A DNA stretch of 64,000 nt from Ignavibacteriales bacterium (GCA_037441705.1 JBBIRR010000006.1:34882-98881), one strand, 5' to 3'; shown: positions 9,733 to 19,426, counted from the first letter of the stretch. The notes: generated by a model not told the origin, from the letters alone. Translations and numbers: made by a program.

Positions 9733-9757
9733 GGACACGGCGGAGCCGTGTCCCTAC
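9733..9757 (-). repeat. GTAG-type REP element
   Basis: minus strand reads GTAG-GGACACGGC-TCC-GCCGTGTCC: GTAG tetranucleotide plus a perfect 9-bp stem. Confidence 0.75.
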
Positions 9758-9790
9758 ACAAAGGGCGTGGTGTGATGATACGCGTGCTTT

Positions 9791-9920
9791 TGCGTTAGGC
9801 GGCCGGAGGGTGCCCCCGAAGGGGGCAGTGCTGAGCGCTGTTCAGCGAAGCACCGAAGCGTTAGCGAAGCCCGAAGGACGCCGACGGCGCTGCGCAGCGC
9901 TTAGCGCCGGAACGCCCAAC
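9791..9920 (-). repeat. multi-hairpin structured element (repeat/MITE-like or ncRNA)
   Basis: TGCCCCC-GAA-GGGGGCA, GCTGA..TCAGC, perfect GCGCTGCGCAGCGC; repeated TTCG on the minus strand; ends GTTGGGCGTTCC ... CCTAACGCA. Confidence 0.55.
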
Positions 9921-10009
9921 ATACATCGGAGAATCGAGCAAAGCCGCCGCGCCTCAAGCAACTCACTTCCGTTTTTCGTAATATGGTGCACACAAGAAAC
10001 GGAGAGTGA

Positions 10010-11023
10010 GTGAATAACGAACGAGAAGCGTTGAAACCGATGGCCGTCGGCGGCCAGGCGGTGTTGGAGGGCGTGATGATGCGTGCCCCGGGCATGGTGG
10101 CAACGGCGGTGCGGCGAGCGAACGGTGAAATCGTGGTGAAGAAGGAGCCGCAGGTTTCGCTTGGCGATAAGTATCCTGTGTTCAAGCTGCCGATTCTGCG
10201 TGGTGCGGTGGGCTTGATCGAGATGATGGTGATCGGGATACGGACGCTGAACTTCTCTGCCGAAGTGGCAATGGAGGAGTCGGACCCGGCGCGGAGTGTC
10301 GCCGGCAGCGACGGGCAGAAGCTCTCGAGTTCGATGAAGGAGAATCTGCGGTTCGGGGCGACGGTTGCCTTTTCGCTTGCGGTTGGGGTGGCTGTTTTTT
10401 TCGTGACGCCTCTTGCGGTCACGACGTTCTTCTTTGATGTTGAACAGGAGCCGCTGTGGTTCAACCTCATCGCGGGCGGCGTGCGCATTGCGTTGCTGCT
10501 CGGCTATCTCGCTGCCATCTCTCTGTTGAAAGACATTCACCGGTTGTTCGAGTATCATGGTGCCGAGCACAAGGCGGTCTTTGCGTTCGAGAAGGGGGAG
10601 CCGCTTACCGTTGAGGCTGCTGCGCGGCAATCTCGCTTTCATCCGCGCTGCGGGACGAGCTTCCTGCTCATCGTCATGTTTGTGGCCATCGCCCTCTTCA
10701 GCGTGCTGGATGTTGCGGTGATGCATTGGCTGGGGGGTTTGAATGTGGCGATCAGAATTGCCACGCACCTTCCGCTCATCCCGTTGGTCGGCGGTGCGTC
10801 GTACGAGTTTATTCGGATCTCGGCGCGGTACAGCGAGTCGCTTATCGGCAGGTGGGTTGTTGCCCCGGGACTGTGGTTGCAGAGGATTACAACGCGTGAG
10901 CCTGATGCTTCGCAGTTGGAAGTGGCTCTTGTTGCGCTTCGCAGCGCGCTGGGGACAGACGCTGCGCGTGCACCGCTTCAGTCACGACAGCCGGCGGCGA
11001 TCGGGATCGTTGGGGTGAATTGA
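10010..11023 (+). CDS. DUF1385 (YqhQ-like) membrane protein
   Basis: [47 protein letters not shown]; usual prfA neighbour; start may be ATG 10040. Confidence 0.92.
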   Translation: MNNEREALKPMAVGGQAVLEGVMMRAPGMVATAVRRANGEIVVKKEPQVSLGDKYPVFKLPILRGAVGLIEMMVIGIRTLNFSAEVAMEESDPARSVAGSDGQKLSSSMKENLRFGATVAFSLAVGVAVFFVTPLAVTTFFFDVEQEPLWFNLIAGGVRIALLLGYLAAISLLKDIHRLFEYHGAEHKAVFAFEKGEPLTVEAAARQSRFHPRCGTSFLLIVMFVAIALFSVLDVAVMHWLGGLNVAIRIATHLPLIPLVGGASYEFIRISARYSESLIGRWVVAPGLWLQRITTREPDASQLEVALVALRSALGTDAARAPLQSRQPAAIGIVGVN

Positions 11024-11024
11024 G

Positions 11025-12098
11025 ATGCTGGATCGGTTGGAAAAAGTTCGCGAGCGCTATGAAGAGATCGGCCGGCTGCTGAGCGACCCGGAGGTGGCAT
11101 CGCATCCCGAACGCTTGCGTGAGCTGAGCAAGGAGCACAGCGATCTGAAGCCTCTCATTCAGGTCTATGAGCGCTATCGCAAGCTGAAGAAGGACATCGA
11201 GGGCCTGAAGGAAATCACCGAAAGCTCTGCCGATCCCGAGATGAAGCAGCTTGCCTACGATGAGCTGGACGAGGCGAAGAAGAATCTTGCCGCGTTAGAA
11301 GAAGAGATCAAGCTCCTGCTCATTCCGAAAGACCCCAATGACAGCCGCAACGTGATGGTGGAGATTCGCGCCGGAACGGGAGGGGAGGAGGCCGCGTTGT
11401 TCGCAGCCGACCTGCTGCGCATGTACACCCGCTACGCCGAACGGAAAGGATGGAAGGCGGAGGTGCTGGACATCAACGAAACGGGATTGGGCGGCATCAA
11501 GGAGGTGTCGTTCAGCCTGAGCGGCAGCGACGTGTTCGGTACGATGAAGTATGAGAGCGGCGTCCATCGCGTGCAGCGCGTTCCGGAGACCGAGGCGCAG
11601 GGCCGCGTCCACACTTCGGCGGCGACCGTCGCCGTGCTGCCCGAAGTCGAGCCGGTGGATGTTCAGATCAATCCTGCCGACATCGAGATGGATACGTTCC
11701 GTTCGGGCGGCAAAGGGGGCCAGAACGTGAACAAAGTTGAAACCGCCGTGCGGCTCACGCACAAGCCCTCGGGAATTGTGGTTGTGTGCCGGCAGGAACG
11801 CTCGCAGTTGCAGAACCGCGAGCGGGCGATGAAGATGCTGCGGGCCAAACTGTACGAGAACATGATGCTGTCGCAGGTGGGCGACCGTGTTGCACAGCGC
11901 CGAGCGCAGGTCAAAAGCGGCGACCGCAGCGAGAAGATTCGTACCTACAATTTCCCGCAGAATCGAGTGACCGACCACCGCATCGGTCTGACGCTGTACA
12001 ATCTGAGCGAGATTATCGATGGGAAGCTGGACGAGTTGATCGAGGCGCTCAAGATTGCCGACCGTGCAGAGAAGCTGAAAGCCGAGTCCGCCTCCTGA
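11025..12098 (+). CDS. prfA: peptide chain release factor 1
   Basis: [25 protein letters not shown] (PxT motif), [17 protein letters not shown]. Confidence 0.97.
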   Translation: MLDRLEKVRERYEEIGRLLSDPEVASHPERLRELSKEHSDLKPLIQVYERYRKLKKDIEGLKEITESSADPEMKQLAYDELDEAKKNLAALEEEIKLLLIPKDPNDSRNVMVEIRAGTGGEEAALFAADLLRMYTRYAERKGWKAEVLDINETGLGGIKEVSFSLSGSDVFGTMKYESGVHRVQRVPETEAQGRVHTSAATVAVLPEVEPVDVQINPADIEMDTFRSGGKGGQNVNKVETAVRLTHKPSGIVVVCRQERSQLQNRERAMKMLRAKLYENMMLSQVGDRVAQRRAQVKSGDRSEKIRTYNFPQNRVTDHRIGLTLYNLSEIIDGKLDELIEALKIADRAEKLKAESAS

Positions 12099-12102
12099 GC
12101 CT

Positions 12103-12588
12103 CTACAAAGTACGACGCCGCGGCTTCGGCATGTCGTCCGTTCTCACCTTCGCGAAGAAATCCTTCAGGATTGCGCTGCATTTATCCTCGAGCACTCCCT
12201 TCACCAATTCGACCCGGTGATTCAACCGTTTATCCTGCACGATGTTGAACAGCGTGCCGCAGGCTCCCGCCTTGGGATCGGACGCGGCGAACACCAGCGT
12301 GGGGATGCGCGCCTGCACGATTGCGCCGGCACACATCGGGCAGGGCTCGAGCGTTACATACAGCGTGCAGTTCTCGAGTCGGTGATTGTCCAGCTGACTG
12401 GCAGCGGCGGTGATGGCGATGATCTCGGCGTGGGCTGTCGGGTCGCGCAGCGCTTCGGTTTGATTGTACCCGCGCCCGATGATGCGGTTTTCGAAGATAA
12501 TGACCGCGCCGATGGGAACCTCCTTGCGCTTGTACGCCTGCTCCGCTTCTTTGAAAGCGAACTCCATCCAGCGCTCGTGGTCGGTCAT
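12103..12588 (-). CDS. tadA: tRNA adenosine(34) deaminase
   Basis: EVPIGAV, DPTAHAE, LYVTLEPCPMCAGA, DPKAGA, LNH, FF; ATG at 12588 (the longer ORF would overlap the tRNA). Confidence 0.93.
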   Translation of the reverse strand: MTDHERWMEFAFKEAEQAYKRKEVPIGAVIIFENRIIGRGYNQTEALRDPTAHAEIIAITAAASQLDNHRLENCTLYVTLEPCPMCAGAIVQARIPTLVFAASDPKAGACGTLFNIVQDKRLNHRVELVKGVLEDKCSAILKDFFAKVRTDDMPKPRRRTL

Positions 12589-12636
12589 GGGGAGAAGCTC
12601 CTGATGTTGGACGTGGGAGCGTTGTGACCGCTCATG

Positions 12637-12710
12637 TGCGCCCGGAGGGAGTCGAACCCCCAACCCTCAGATCCGAAGTCTGATGCTCTATCCAGTTGAG
12701 CTACGGGCGC
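12637..12710 (-). tRNA. tRNA-Arg (anticodon UCG), CCA not encoded
   Basis: GCGCCCG TAGCTCAACTGGATAGAGC A TCAGA-CT-TCG-GA-TCTGA GGGTT GGGGG TTCGACT CCCTC CGGGCGC A cloverleaf. Confidence 0.96.
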
Positions 12711-12825
12711 AAACGGCGATTCAAAATAATAAAATGGCTCTGCAATTCCAATCCCGTTGAGTGCCTGAACTCCGCACACTTTCAAGCATGCAAGAAATGA
12801 AAGTGATATATTTGAACGATTCCGA

Positions 12826-12892
12826 AATTTGTTTGGAGCTTGAAGCTTGAGATTTGTTTGGAATTTGGAGTTTGAAAACTGGAGCTTGAATT
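12826..12892. repeat. degenerate 7-bp tandem repeat tract (TTGRRRY-like)
   Basis: ttggagc ttgaagc ttgagat ttgt ttggaat ttggagt ttgaaaa ctggagc ttgaatt. Confidence 0.7.
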
Positions 12893-12913
12893 AGTACACC
12901 GAAGACAACACCC

Positions 12914-13999
12914 ATGAAACTCCAACGCATCGGCATCCTGACCGGCGGCGGCGATTGCCCGGGACTGAACGCTGTCATTCGCAGCATTGCGAAGCCGGCC
13001 ATGGCCCACTTCCGTGCGACCGTCATCGGTATTCTCGACGGCTACGAGGGCCTCGTGGAAGGCCGCTTTCGTGAACTCACGCCGCTCGATGTCACCGGCA
13101 TCATCAATCTGGGCGGCACCATTCTCGGCACGTCCAACAAGGGCGATCCCTTTCATTATCCGATGGGCGCGGGAAAGAATATCCGCATCGTCGACGCCTC
13201 GCAGCAGGTGGTAGAAACCTATCGCAACCTGAAGCTCGATGCGCTCATTACCATCGGCGGCGACGGCACGCAGATCATCGCCCACAAGCTGACCAAGATG
13301 GGCCTCAACATCATCGGCGTGCCGAAAACCATCGACAACGATTTGGATGCAACCGACATTACGTTCGGTCACGATTCTGCACGCGCTGTCGCCACCGAAG
13401 CCATCGACCGGCTGCAAACGACGGCCTCGGCGCATCACAGAGTGATTGTGGTCGAGACGATGGGCCGCTACGCCGGATGGATTGCGCTCGGTGCCGGTGT
13501 CGCCGGCGGCGCAGAAATCATTCTCATTCCAGAGATCCCGTTTCGTTGGGACAAGCTGTTTGACGTTGTGCTGAAGCGCAGCAAGGGTGCGCGGTTCAGC
13601 ATCGTGTGTGTGGCCGAGGGTGCCCGACCCGAGGGCGAAGAGCTGACCATCAAGGAGTTTGATGCGAAGCGAACCGACCCCGTGCGTCTGGGCGGCATCG
13701 GCGAGCGCATCGCCAAGCGAATTGAAGAAGAGACGGGATTGGAGACTCGTGTCACGGTGTTGGGTCACGTGCAGCGGGGCGGGAGTCCGACGGCGTTCGA
13801 TAGGATTCTCGCAACGCGGTTCGGGGCGGTAGCGTTGGAGGCAGCCTCGCGCGGTGAGTTCGGCGTGTTGACAAGTCTGCAGACGAACAACGTCGTAACC
13901 GTTCCCCTCGAACGTGCCGTGGGTAGACAGCGTCTCGTTCCTCCGGATTCGCAGCTCGTGTTTGCCGCACGGGCGGTGGGCACGACCTTCGGCGATTAG
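12914..13999 (+). CDS. pfkA: 6-phosphofructokinase (mixed-substrate group III type; GGDG/PKTIDND)
   Basis: TGGGDCPGLN, GGTILG, GGDGT, PKTIDND, ETMGRYAGW, LGHVQRGG. Confidence 0.93.
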   Translation: MKLQRIGILTGGGDCPGLNAVIRSIAKPAMAHFRATVIGILDGYEGLVEGRFRELTPLDVTGIINLGGTILGTSNKGDPFHYPMGAGKNIRIVDASQQVVETYRNLKLDALITIGGDGTQIIAHKLTKMGLNIIGVPKTIDNDLDATDITFGHDSARAVATEAIDRLQTTASAHHRVIVVETMGRYAGWIALGAGVAGGAEIILIPEIPFRWDKLFDVVLKRSKGARFSIVCVAEGARPEGEELTIKEFDAKRTDPVRLGGIGERIAKRIEEETGLETRVTVLGHVQRGGSPTAFDRILATRFGAVALEAASRGEFGVLTSLQTNNVVTVPLERAVGRQRLVPPDSQLVFAARAVGTTFGD

Positions 14000-14004
14000 C
14001 GCCC

Positions 14005-14709
14005 TCAGGGCTTTCGGCCCGAGTACGCAGTCACGATCCCCAACGTCATGCGTTCCTCCGTGAGATTCGTGAAGCCGACCTCTTGCAGGATGTTGAGGAA
14101 GTCCCTTCCTTCTGGAAACTTCATGACCGTATCGGGCAGGTACGTATAGGCCTCGCGGTGTCGCGAAATGAGCTTCCCGACCATAGGAAGAATGAAGCGG
14201 AAGTAGAAGAAGTACAGATGTTTGAACGGGAACGCTCGAGGGTGGGAAAATTCCAGCACAAGAATCTTACCGCCGGAACGCAGCACGCGATGCATTTCTC
14301 GTAGCCCCTGCTCGAGGTTCTCGAAGTTTCGGGCGCCAAAGGCAACAATGGCGGCATCAAAGCTGCCGGATGCAAACGGCAGCTGCTCGGCTTCGCCCGT
14401 TTCAAGAGTGATCACATCTTCGACCCGTCGGCGTGCGATCTTCGCGCGTCCGAGCTTCAACATCTCTTCCGCGATGTCCACGCCAAGAATGCGCTCAGGT
14501 TCCAACCGTAGTGCAGCCAGCGCAAAGTCCGCCGTCCCGGTGGCGACGTCGAGTATTTTCTTCGGCCGTATATCCTGCAGGTGTTGAATCGCCTTCCGCC
14601 GCCAGTAAAAATCCATACCGCCGCTCAGCAGGTGATTGAGCAGGTCGTATCGGTAGGCGATGGAATCGAACAGCGAACGGACGTACTGTTTTTCTGCGCG
14701 TCGTGTCAT
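14005..14709 (-). CDS. menG: demethylmenaquinone methyltransferase UbiE/MenG
   Basis: FDSIAYRYDLLNHLLSGG, LDVATGTAD, AEQLPF, AFGARN, LEFS, YTYLPDT. Confidence 0.92.
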   Translation of the reverse strand: MTRRAEKQYVRSLFDSIAYRYDLLNHLLSGGMDFYWRRKAIQHLQDIRPKKILDVATGTADFALAALRLEPERILGVDIAEEMLKLGRAKIARRRVEDVITLETGEAEQLPFASGSFDAAIVAFGARNFENLEQGLREMHRVLRSGGKILVLEFSHPRAFPFKHLYFFYFRFILPMVGKLISRHREAYTYLPDTVMKFPEGRDFLNILQEVGFTNLTEERMTLGIVTAYSGRKP

Positions 14710-14781
14710 GATTCAGAAAAAGATACGGAAGTTTGACAAGGCTTCCAATCTGACAGCGACGACGTCGTCGAATCTCCTCAG

Positions 14782-14810
14782 TTTGTATTTTCCTCTCCGT
14801 TGGATATATT
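14782..14810 (+). promoter_or_regulatory. putative sigma70 promoter of the aro operon
   Basis: TTTGTA-17-TATATT (or TTGTAT-16-TATATT); AAGGA SD before the aroB ATG. Confidence 0.45.
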
Positions 14811-14824
14811 GAGAAGGACTTTGT

Positions 14825-15940
14825 ATGAAAAAGATCGTTACCGTCGCCGTGGGGGAAGAAGTTGATCGGGCGTATCGAATCGTCATTGAACCCGGGATTC
14901 TCGCTCGCGTGCCTCGCCTTGTCCGTGAAAGCTGGCACGGCAGGCGGGTGTTCATCATCACCGACACAAACGTTGAGCGGCTCTACGGCCATTCGCTGCT
15001 GCGCCGTTTCTTCGAGTCCGGCAGCGACGCAGCGCTTTTGAGTTTTGACGCAGGTGAGCAAGCCAAACAGGCGCGCACGGTGCAGTCGCTCTACACGCAT
15101 CTGCTGTCGCTCGGCATTCGGCGGGACAGTCTGATCGTTGCCCTCGGCGGTGGGGTGGTGGGTGATGTGGCAGGATTTGTGGCAGCGACAATTCTTCGCG
15201 GCGTGCCGTATGTGCAGGTCCCCACAACACTCCTTGCTCAGGTTGACAGCAGTGTCGGCGGAAAGGTGGGCATCAATCATCCGCTCGGCAAGAATCTGAT
15301 CGGAGCGTTTCACCAGCCGGCAGCCGTGTGGGTTGATCCGGCCGTGCTGAAGACGCTGCCGCGCGCAGAGTACCGGAACGGGCTTGCGGAGGTCGTGAAG
15401 ATCGCGGCAGCACTGGACCGGACGTTCTTCGGCTTTCTCACAAGGCATGCACGCGCCGTTGCCGCCGGCGATCGGCGTGTGCTTCCCCGTGTGATTGCCC
15501 GTGCAGTGGAACTGAAGGCCGCCGTTGTCGCACGCGACGAGCGGGAAGCAGGCGTGCGAAAGACTCTGAACGTGGGCCACACCATCGGTCATGCGATTGA
15601 AGCCGCCACCGGCTACGCAATCAGACACGGCGAAGCAGTATCGCTCGGCATGGCCGCCGAGTCTGCCATCGCAGTGCACATGGGGTTGCTGCAACGGAAG
15701 GACTTCATGCGTCTCGTCGCGTTGCAGCGGGCACTTCGACTGCCCGTACGCTTCCCGTCAGTCAAGAACCGCCGGCGGTTTCGTTCTGCCCTTGCACTCG
15801 ACAAGAAAGGCGACGGGCAGGGCGCACGATTCGTCCTGCTCACCGGCATCGGGAAAGTGATGATCGGCGTTGATGTGCCGAGTGTGTTTATCGAACATCT
15901 GCTTGCCGAGCCTTCGCTGCTCGGAAAGAGGTATCGTTGA
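14825..15940 (+). CDS. aroB: 3-dehydroquinate synthase
   Basis: GEQAK, LGGGVVGDVAGF, PTTLLAQVDSSVGGKVG, KNLIGAFHQP, LNVGHTIGHAIE, HGEAV. Confidence 0.96.
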   Translation: MKKIVTVAVGEEVDRAYRIVIEPGILARVPRLVRESWHGRRVFIITDTNVERLYGHSLLRRFFESGSDAALLSFDAGEQAKQARTVQSLYTHLLSLGIRRDSLIVALGGGVVGDVAGFVAATILRGVPYVQVPTTLLAQVDSSVGGKVGINHPLGKNLIGAFHQPAAVWVDPAVLKTLPRAEYRNGLAEVVKIAAALDRTFFGFLTRHARAVAAGDRRVLPRVIARAVELKAAVVARDEREAGVRKTLNVGHTIGHAIEAATGYAIRHGEAVSLGMAAESAIAVHMGLLQRKDFMRLVALQRALRLPVRFPSVKNRRRFRSALALDKKGDGQGARFVLLTGIGKVMIGVDVPSVFIEHLLAEPSLLGKRYR

Positions 15941-15959
15941 AATGATCGGAGGAGTCTGT

Positions 15960-16376
15960 ATGAAACATGCGTTGATGTTTGCAGCGTCCGTTCTTGTGGT
16001 GCTGCTTGTTGTTTCTTCCTGCAAAAAGGAGGATGATCTCGCGGGAAGCGAACCGCCGCGAGAGTTTCAGGTGCGGATGGACAGTGTGAAGCTCGCGAAG
16101 AATGTGGCACGCACGGATACGCTGAAGGCGTTTCTCTGGGGCACGATCGGTAACACGACGTGTTATCAATTTGCGCGCTATGAGTCGACGCGCGACTCCT
16201 TTGAGGTCCGCATCAAAGTGTTCGGTCGGTACACCCCGTCCAGCACGTGCAGCCCGACGGCTGTCCAGCTCCGTCAGGCGATCTTTCGCATCTATCCGGT
16301 GTATCCGGGCAAGTTCACGGTTTATCTGCTTCAGCCCGATGGGTCGATGCTGCGGGATACGTCGCTGGTGTTATGA
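15960..16376 (+). CDS. hypothetical lipoprotein
   Basis: SD GGAGGAG; MKHALMFAASVLVVLLVVSS-C-KKEDD lipobox; beta-rich, two further Cys; ATGA-coupled to aroDE. Confidence 0.7.
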   Translation: MKHALMFAASVLVVLLVVSSCKKEDDLAGSEPPREFQVRMDSVKLAKNVARTDTLKAFLWGTIGNTTCYQFARYESTRDSFEVRIKVFGRYTPSSTCSPTAVQLRQAIFRIYPVYPGKFTVYLLQPDGSMLRDTSLVL

Positions 16377-17836
16377 TTGTTGTCTCCATCACGGGGCCTT
16401 CCCTTGCGCAAGCGCTGCGGCAGATGGCACACTCCGCACCGTACGCGGACATGTTCGAACTGCGCCTGGACCTTCTGGGCGGGCCGCGAGCTCTGGACTT
16501 GATCCGCACACGACGCAAGCCGGTGATCGCTACATGTCGGCGAAAGGCCGAGGGCGGAAAATTCAGCGGAAACCGCGCCGAGCTGTTGGCGGTGCTCTCG
16601 CAGGCTGCTGAGCAGGGCGCCGCATTCGTTGACATTGACCTGAACGCCGCTGCAATCATTCCGGCGTTCCGAAACGCCCATCCCGGATCGAGCATTATTC
16701 TTTCATACCATCACCTTGGAAGAGGCGCGCCCAATGTGTCCGGCCTCTACAAAAGAATGAGCCTGGTGGATGCCGACATCCTCAAGTTTGCCTACACCGC
16801 CCGCGATGCGGCCGATCTGCAGTTTGCCGAAGAGTTCATCGCACGGGCAAGCGCGGGAAGGCGGAAAGCCGTTGCCGTGGCAATGGGGGAGTTCGGTGAA
16901 GCCTCGCGGGTCCTGTATGCAAAGCTCGGGAGTTGGGCCACGTACGCCGCGCCCATGGATGGCGCCGCAGCCGCTCCAGGCCAGATTCCGGCGAAGCTCC
17001 TCGATCGCCTGTACCGCGCACGTTCTGTGAATTCTGCAACCAAAATCTTTGGCGTCATAGGAAATCCGCTCAAGCAAAGCAAGGGCATCTTCCTCCATAA
17101 TCCACTGTTCCGATTCTATGCTGTCAACGCGGTGTACTGCCGCTTTCCGGTAGCGGATGTGGCGGCGTTCATGCAGCGGTGTGCGCCTCTCCTGCACGGA
17201 TTCAGCGTAACCATTCCCCACAAACAAACGATCATGAACTTCCTCGATGTGCTGGACGAAACGGCACAGGCAATTGGAGCAGTCAACACGGTGGTTCGCA
17301 AGCGCGGAAAGTGGTACGGAACGAACACCGATGCTGCCGGCGCGCTTGATGCAATTGAAACGACGCAGCGCGTCAGAGGAAAGCGCGTGCTTGTGCTCGG
17401 TGCCGGGGGCGCCGCGCGAGCAATAGCGTATGAGGCAAAACGGCGCGGCGCCGACGTGTTCATCGCCAACCGAACCGAACAGAAGGCAAAGCGACTCGCT
17501 CGGGAATTTAGCCTCACCTTCGTTGCGCTGGAGAACCTGTCCGAATTGCCGTTCGACATTCTTGCCAACGCGACGTCCGTCGGGATGGTCCCGCATGTCA
17601 ACGAATCTCCGGTTCCGACATCGCTCCTGCGAAACAAAGTCGTGTTCGATGCGGTGTACAATCCACCGCTGACGAAGCTGCTGCGCGATGCGCAACGCGT
17701 CGGTGCGAAGATTGTGCCCGGAACGGAGATGTATCTCAATCAAGCGGCGCTGCAGTTCGAGCTGTACACCGGCGTGAAACCGGCGATGAGCGTCATGCGC
17801 CGAATTCTTGCCCGTTCATGGCAGACTCGTTCCTGA
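16373..17836 (+). CDS. aroE: bifunctional type I 3-dehydroquinate dehydratase / shikimate dehydrogenase (AroD-AroE)
   Basis: ELRLD, IATCR..EGG, SYH, DILKFA, MGEFG..SR, APGQ; then VTIPHK, GAVNT, NTD, GAGGAA, NRT, DAVYNP. Confidence 0.93.
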   Translation: MIVVSITGPSLAQALRQMAHSAPYADMFELRLDLLGGPRALDLIRTRRKPVIATCRRKAEGGKFSGNRAELLAVLSQAAEQGAAFVDIDLNAAAIIPAFRNAHPGSSIILSYHHLGRGAPNVSGLYKRMSLVDADILKFAYTARDAADLQFAEEFIARASAGRRKAVAVAMGEFGEASRVLYAKLGSWATYAAPMDGAAAAPGQIPAKLLDRLYRARSVNSATKIFGVIGNPLKQSKGIFLHNPLFRFYAVNAVYCRFPVADVAAFMQRCAPLLHGFSVTIPHKQTIMNFLDVLDETAQAIGAVNTVVRKRGKWYGTNTDAAGALDAIETTQRVRGKRVLVLGAGGAARAIAYEAKRRGADVFIANRTEQKAKRLAREFSLTFVALENLSELPFDILANATSVGMVPHVNESPVPTSLLRNKVVFDAVYNPPLTKLLRDAQRVGAKIVPGTEMYLNQAALQFELYTGVKPAMSVMRRILARSWQTRS

Positions 17837-17850
17837 GAGGAGCCGACCTC

Positions 17851-18153
17851 ATGTTCAAGCACATCGTGATGTGGAAGTTTAAGGATGAAGCCGAGGGCGC
17901 GACCCGCGAAAGCAATCTTCGCACAGCGAAACATCTGCTCGACGCGCTTCCGTCCGTCATTCCCGAGATCGAAATGTTTGAGGTGGGTATCGACTGCTCG
18001 CAGACACCTTCATCCTTCGATTTGGTGCTAAACTCGGCGTTTGCGAACCGTGCGGCGTTGGAGGCGTATCAGAATCACCCCGAGCACCGCAAGGTCGTTG
18101 AGTTTCTTCGCAAGGCGCAGTCGGCCAAAGTGGTGGTGGATTACGAGCTATGA
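17851..18153 (+). CDS. Dabb family stress-responsive A/B barrel protein
   Basis: MFKHIVMWKFK...IPEI..FEVG...YQNHPEH...VVDY. Confidence 0.9.
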   Translation: MFKHIVMWKFKDEAEGATRESNLRTAKHLLDALPSVIPEIEMFEVGIDCSQTPSSFDLVLNSAFANRAALEAYQNHPEHRKVVEFLRKAQSAKVVVDYEL

Positions 18154-19412
18154 AACGCGCGATCGAGCCGTGCCTGCACCCGATTCACGCGACGCTGCAC
18201 TTGCCCGGCTCAAAGAGCATCACCAACCGCGCGCTCATCTGCGCGGCGCTTGCACGAGGCGAGTCGGTTCTGCGCTGCGCGTCGGACAGCGATGATACGG
18301 CGTTGCTGTGCAACGGCCTGAATCAGCTCGGCGTTCTCGTCCGGCGACACGGCAGCGATCTGATTGTGAGCGGAACCGGAGGACAACTCTACGCTCCGAA
18401 GTTCCCGATTCCGGTGGGCAACGCGGGCACAACGTTTCGTTTTCTTCTTTCGCTGGCTGCTCTTGCTCACGGAACGACACTGTTCGAAACACACGAACGC
18501 ATGGCTGAGCGACCGATTGCCGACTTGCTTGGCGCGCTCACATCGTTGGGTGTGAGAGTTGAAGAAAAGGGCATCGGTCGGTACGCAGTTCAGGGCGGCG
18601 GCCTGTCCGGCGGCACCGTTGGAGTGCAGGCATCGAAAAGTTCGCAGTTCCTCTCTTCGCTTCTGATGGTTGCCCCGTTTGCAACGGGCAGTCTTCAGAT
18701 CGAGGTGGAAGGTCGGCTCGCCTCAGCCTCGTACGTCGATCTCACACTGCACGTGATGCAACACTTCGGTGTGAAGGTCGAGAGAGACGATAATGTCCGG
18801 TTTGTCGTTCACGCGGGGCACAGCTACCGGCCTGCGCAGCTCGATGTGGAAGCGGATGCGTCGAGCGCCGGGTACTTCTTTGCGGCAGCGGCGCTCTGCG
18901 GCGGCGAGGTGGTGGTGAACGATCTGTCCTTGCACTCGCTTCAGCCCGATGCACGGTTTCTTCTTGTGTTGGAGGAGATGGGATGTTCGGTGGATGAGGA
19001 CGATAGAGGGATTCGCGTGAACGGTGATGGCTGTCCGCGCGGCATCGCCGTGGACATGAACGCCATGCCCGACGCGGTGCCGACGCTCGCGGTTCTCGCA
19101 GCGTTTGCCTCGGAGCCGACACGCATGTCCAACATTGCGCACCTCCGGCACAAAGAGTCGGATCGGATTGCAGCCATAGAAACGGAGTTGCGAAAGCTCG
19201 GCGCGAGCGTTCGCTCCTCCGACGATGCGCTGGAGGTTCATCCCGCACCGCTGCGCGGCGGGTTGATCGAGACCTACAACGATCATCGGATCGCCATGAG
19301 CTTTGCACTTGCCGGACTCAAAATTCCCGGCGTTGAGATCGAGAATCCCGGGTGTGTAAGAAAATCATTCCCCGGATTCTGGAATGAGTTTGAAAAGTTG
19401 TATGGGCGATAG
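18150..19412 (+). CDS. aroA: 3-phosphoshikimate 1-carboxyvinyltransferase
   Basis: PGSKSITNR, GNAGTTFR, SSQFLSSLL, DASSA, KESDRI, DHRIAM, KSFPGFW. Confidence 0.96.
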   Translation: MKRAIEPCLHPIHATLHLPGSKSITNRALICAALARGESVLRCASDSDDTALLCNGLNQLGVLVRRHGSDLIVSGTGGQLYAPKFPIPVGNAGTTFRFLLSLAALAHGTTLFETHERMAERPIADLLGALTSLGVRVEEKGIGRYAVQGGGLSGGTVGVQASKSSQFLSSLLMVAPFATGSLQIEVEGRLASASYVDLTLHVMQHFGVKVERDDNVRFVVHAGHSYRPAQLDVEADASSAGYFFAAAALCGGEVVVNDLSLHSLQPDARFLLVLEEMGCSVDEDDRGIRVNGDGCPRGIAVDMNAMPDAVPTLAVLAAFASEPTRMSNIAHLRHKESDRIAAIETELRKLGASVRSSDDALEVHPAPLRGGLIETYNDHRIAMSFALAGLKIPGVEIENPGCVRKSFPGFWNEFEKLYGR

Positions 19413-19426
19413 CATGAGAGCGGATT

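Noticed and set aside
9791-9920. Integron attC site (GTTAGGC and GCCCAAC are present)
   Set aside because: The order is GTTRRRY then RYYYAAC on both strands, the reverse of attC, and there is no integrase or cassette array
9499-10009. CRISPR array, or the 9663..10013 ORF as a real gene
   Set aside because: No direct repeats with spacers; the ORF runs through unrelated palindromes and has no protein-like features
12589-12663. N-terminal extension of TadA in the ORF track
   Set aside because: Overlaps the tRNA; TadA similarity begins at ATG 12588
12637-12710. tRNA as an integration site for an island
   Set aside because: No integrase and no duplicated tRNA 3' end noticed; flanks are housekeeping genes
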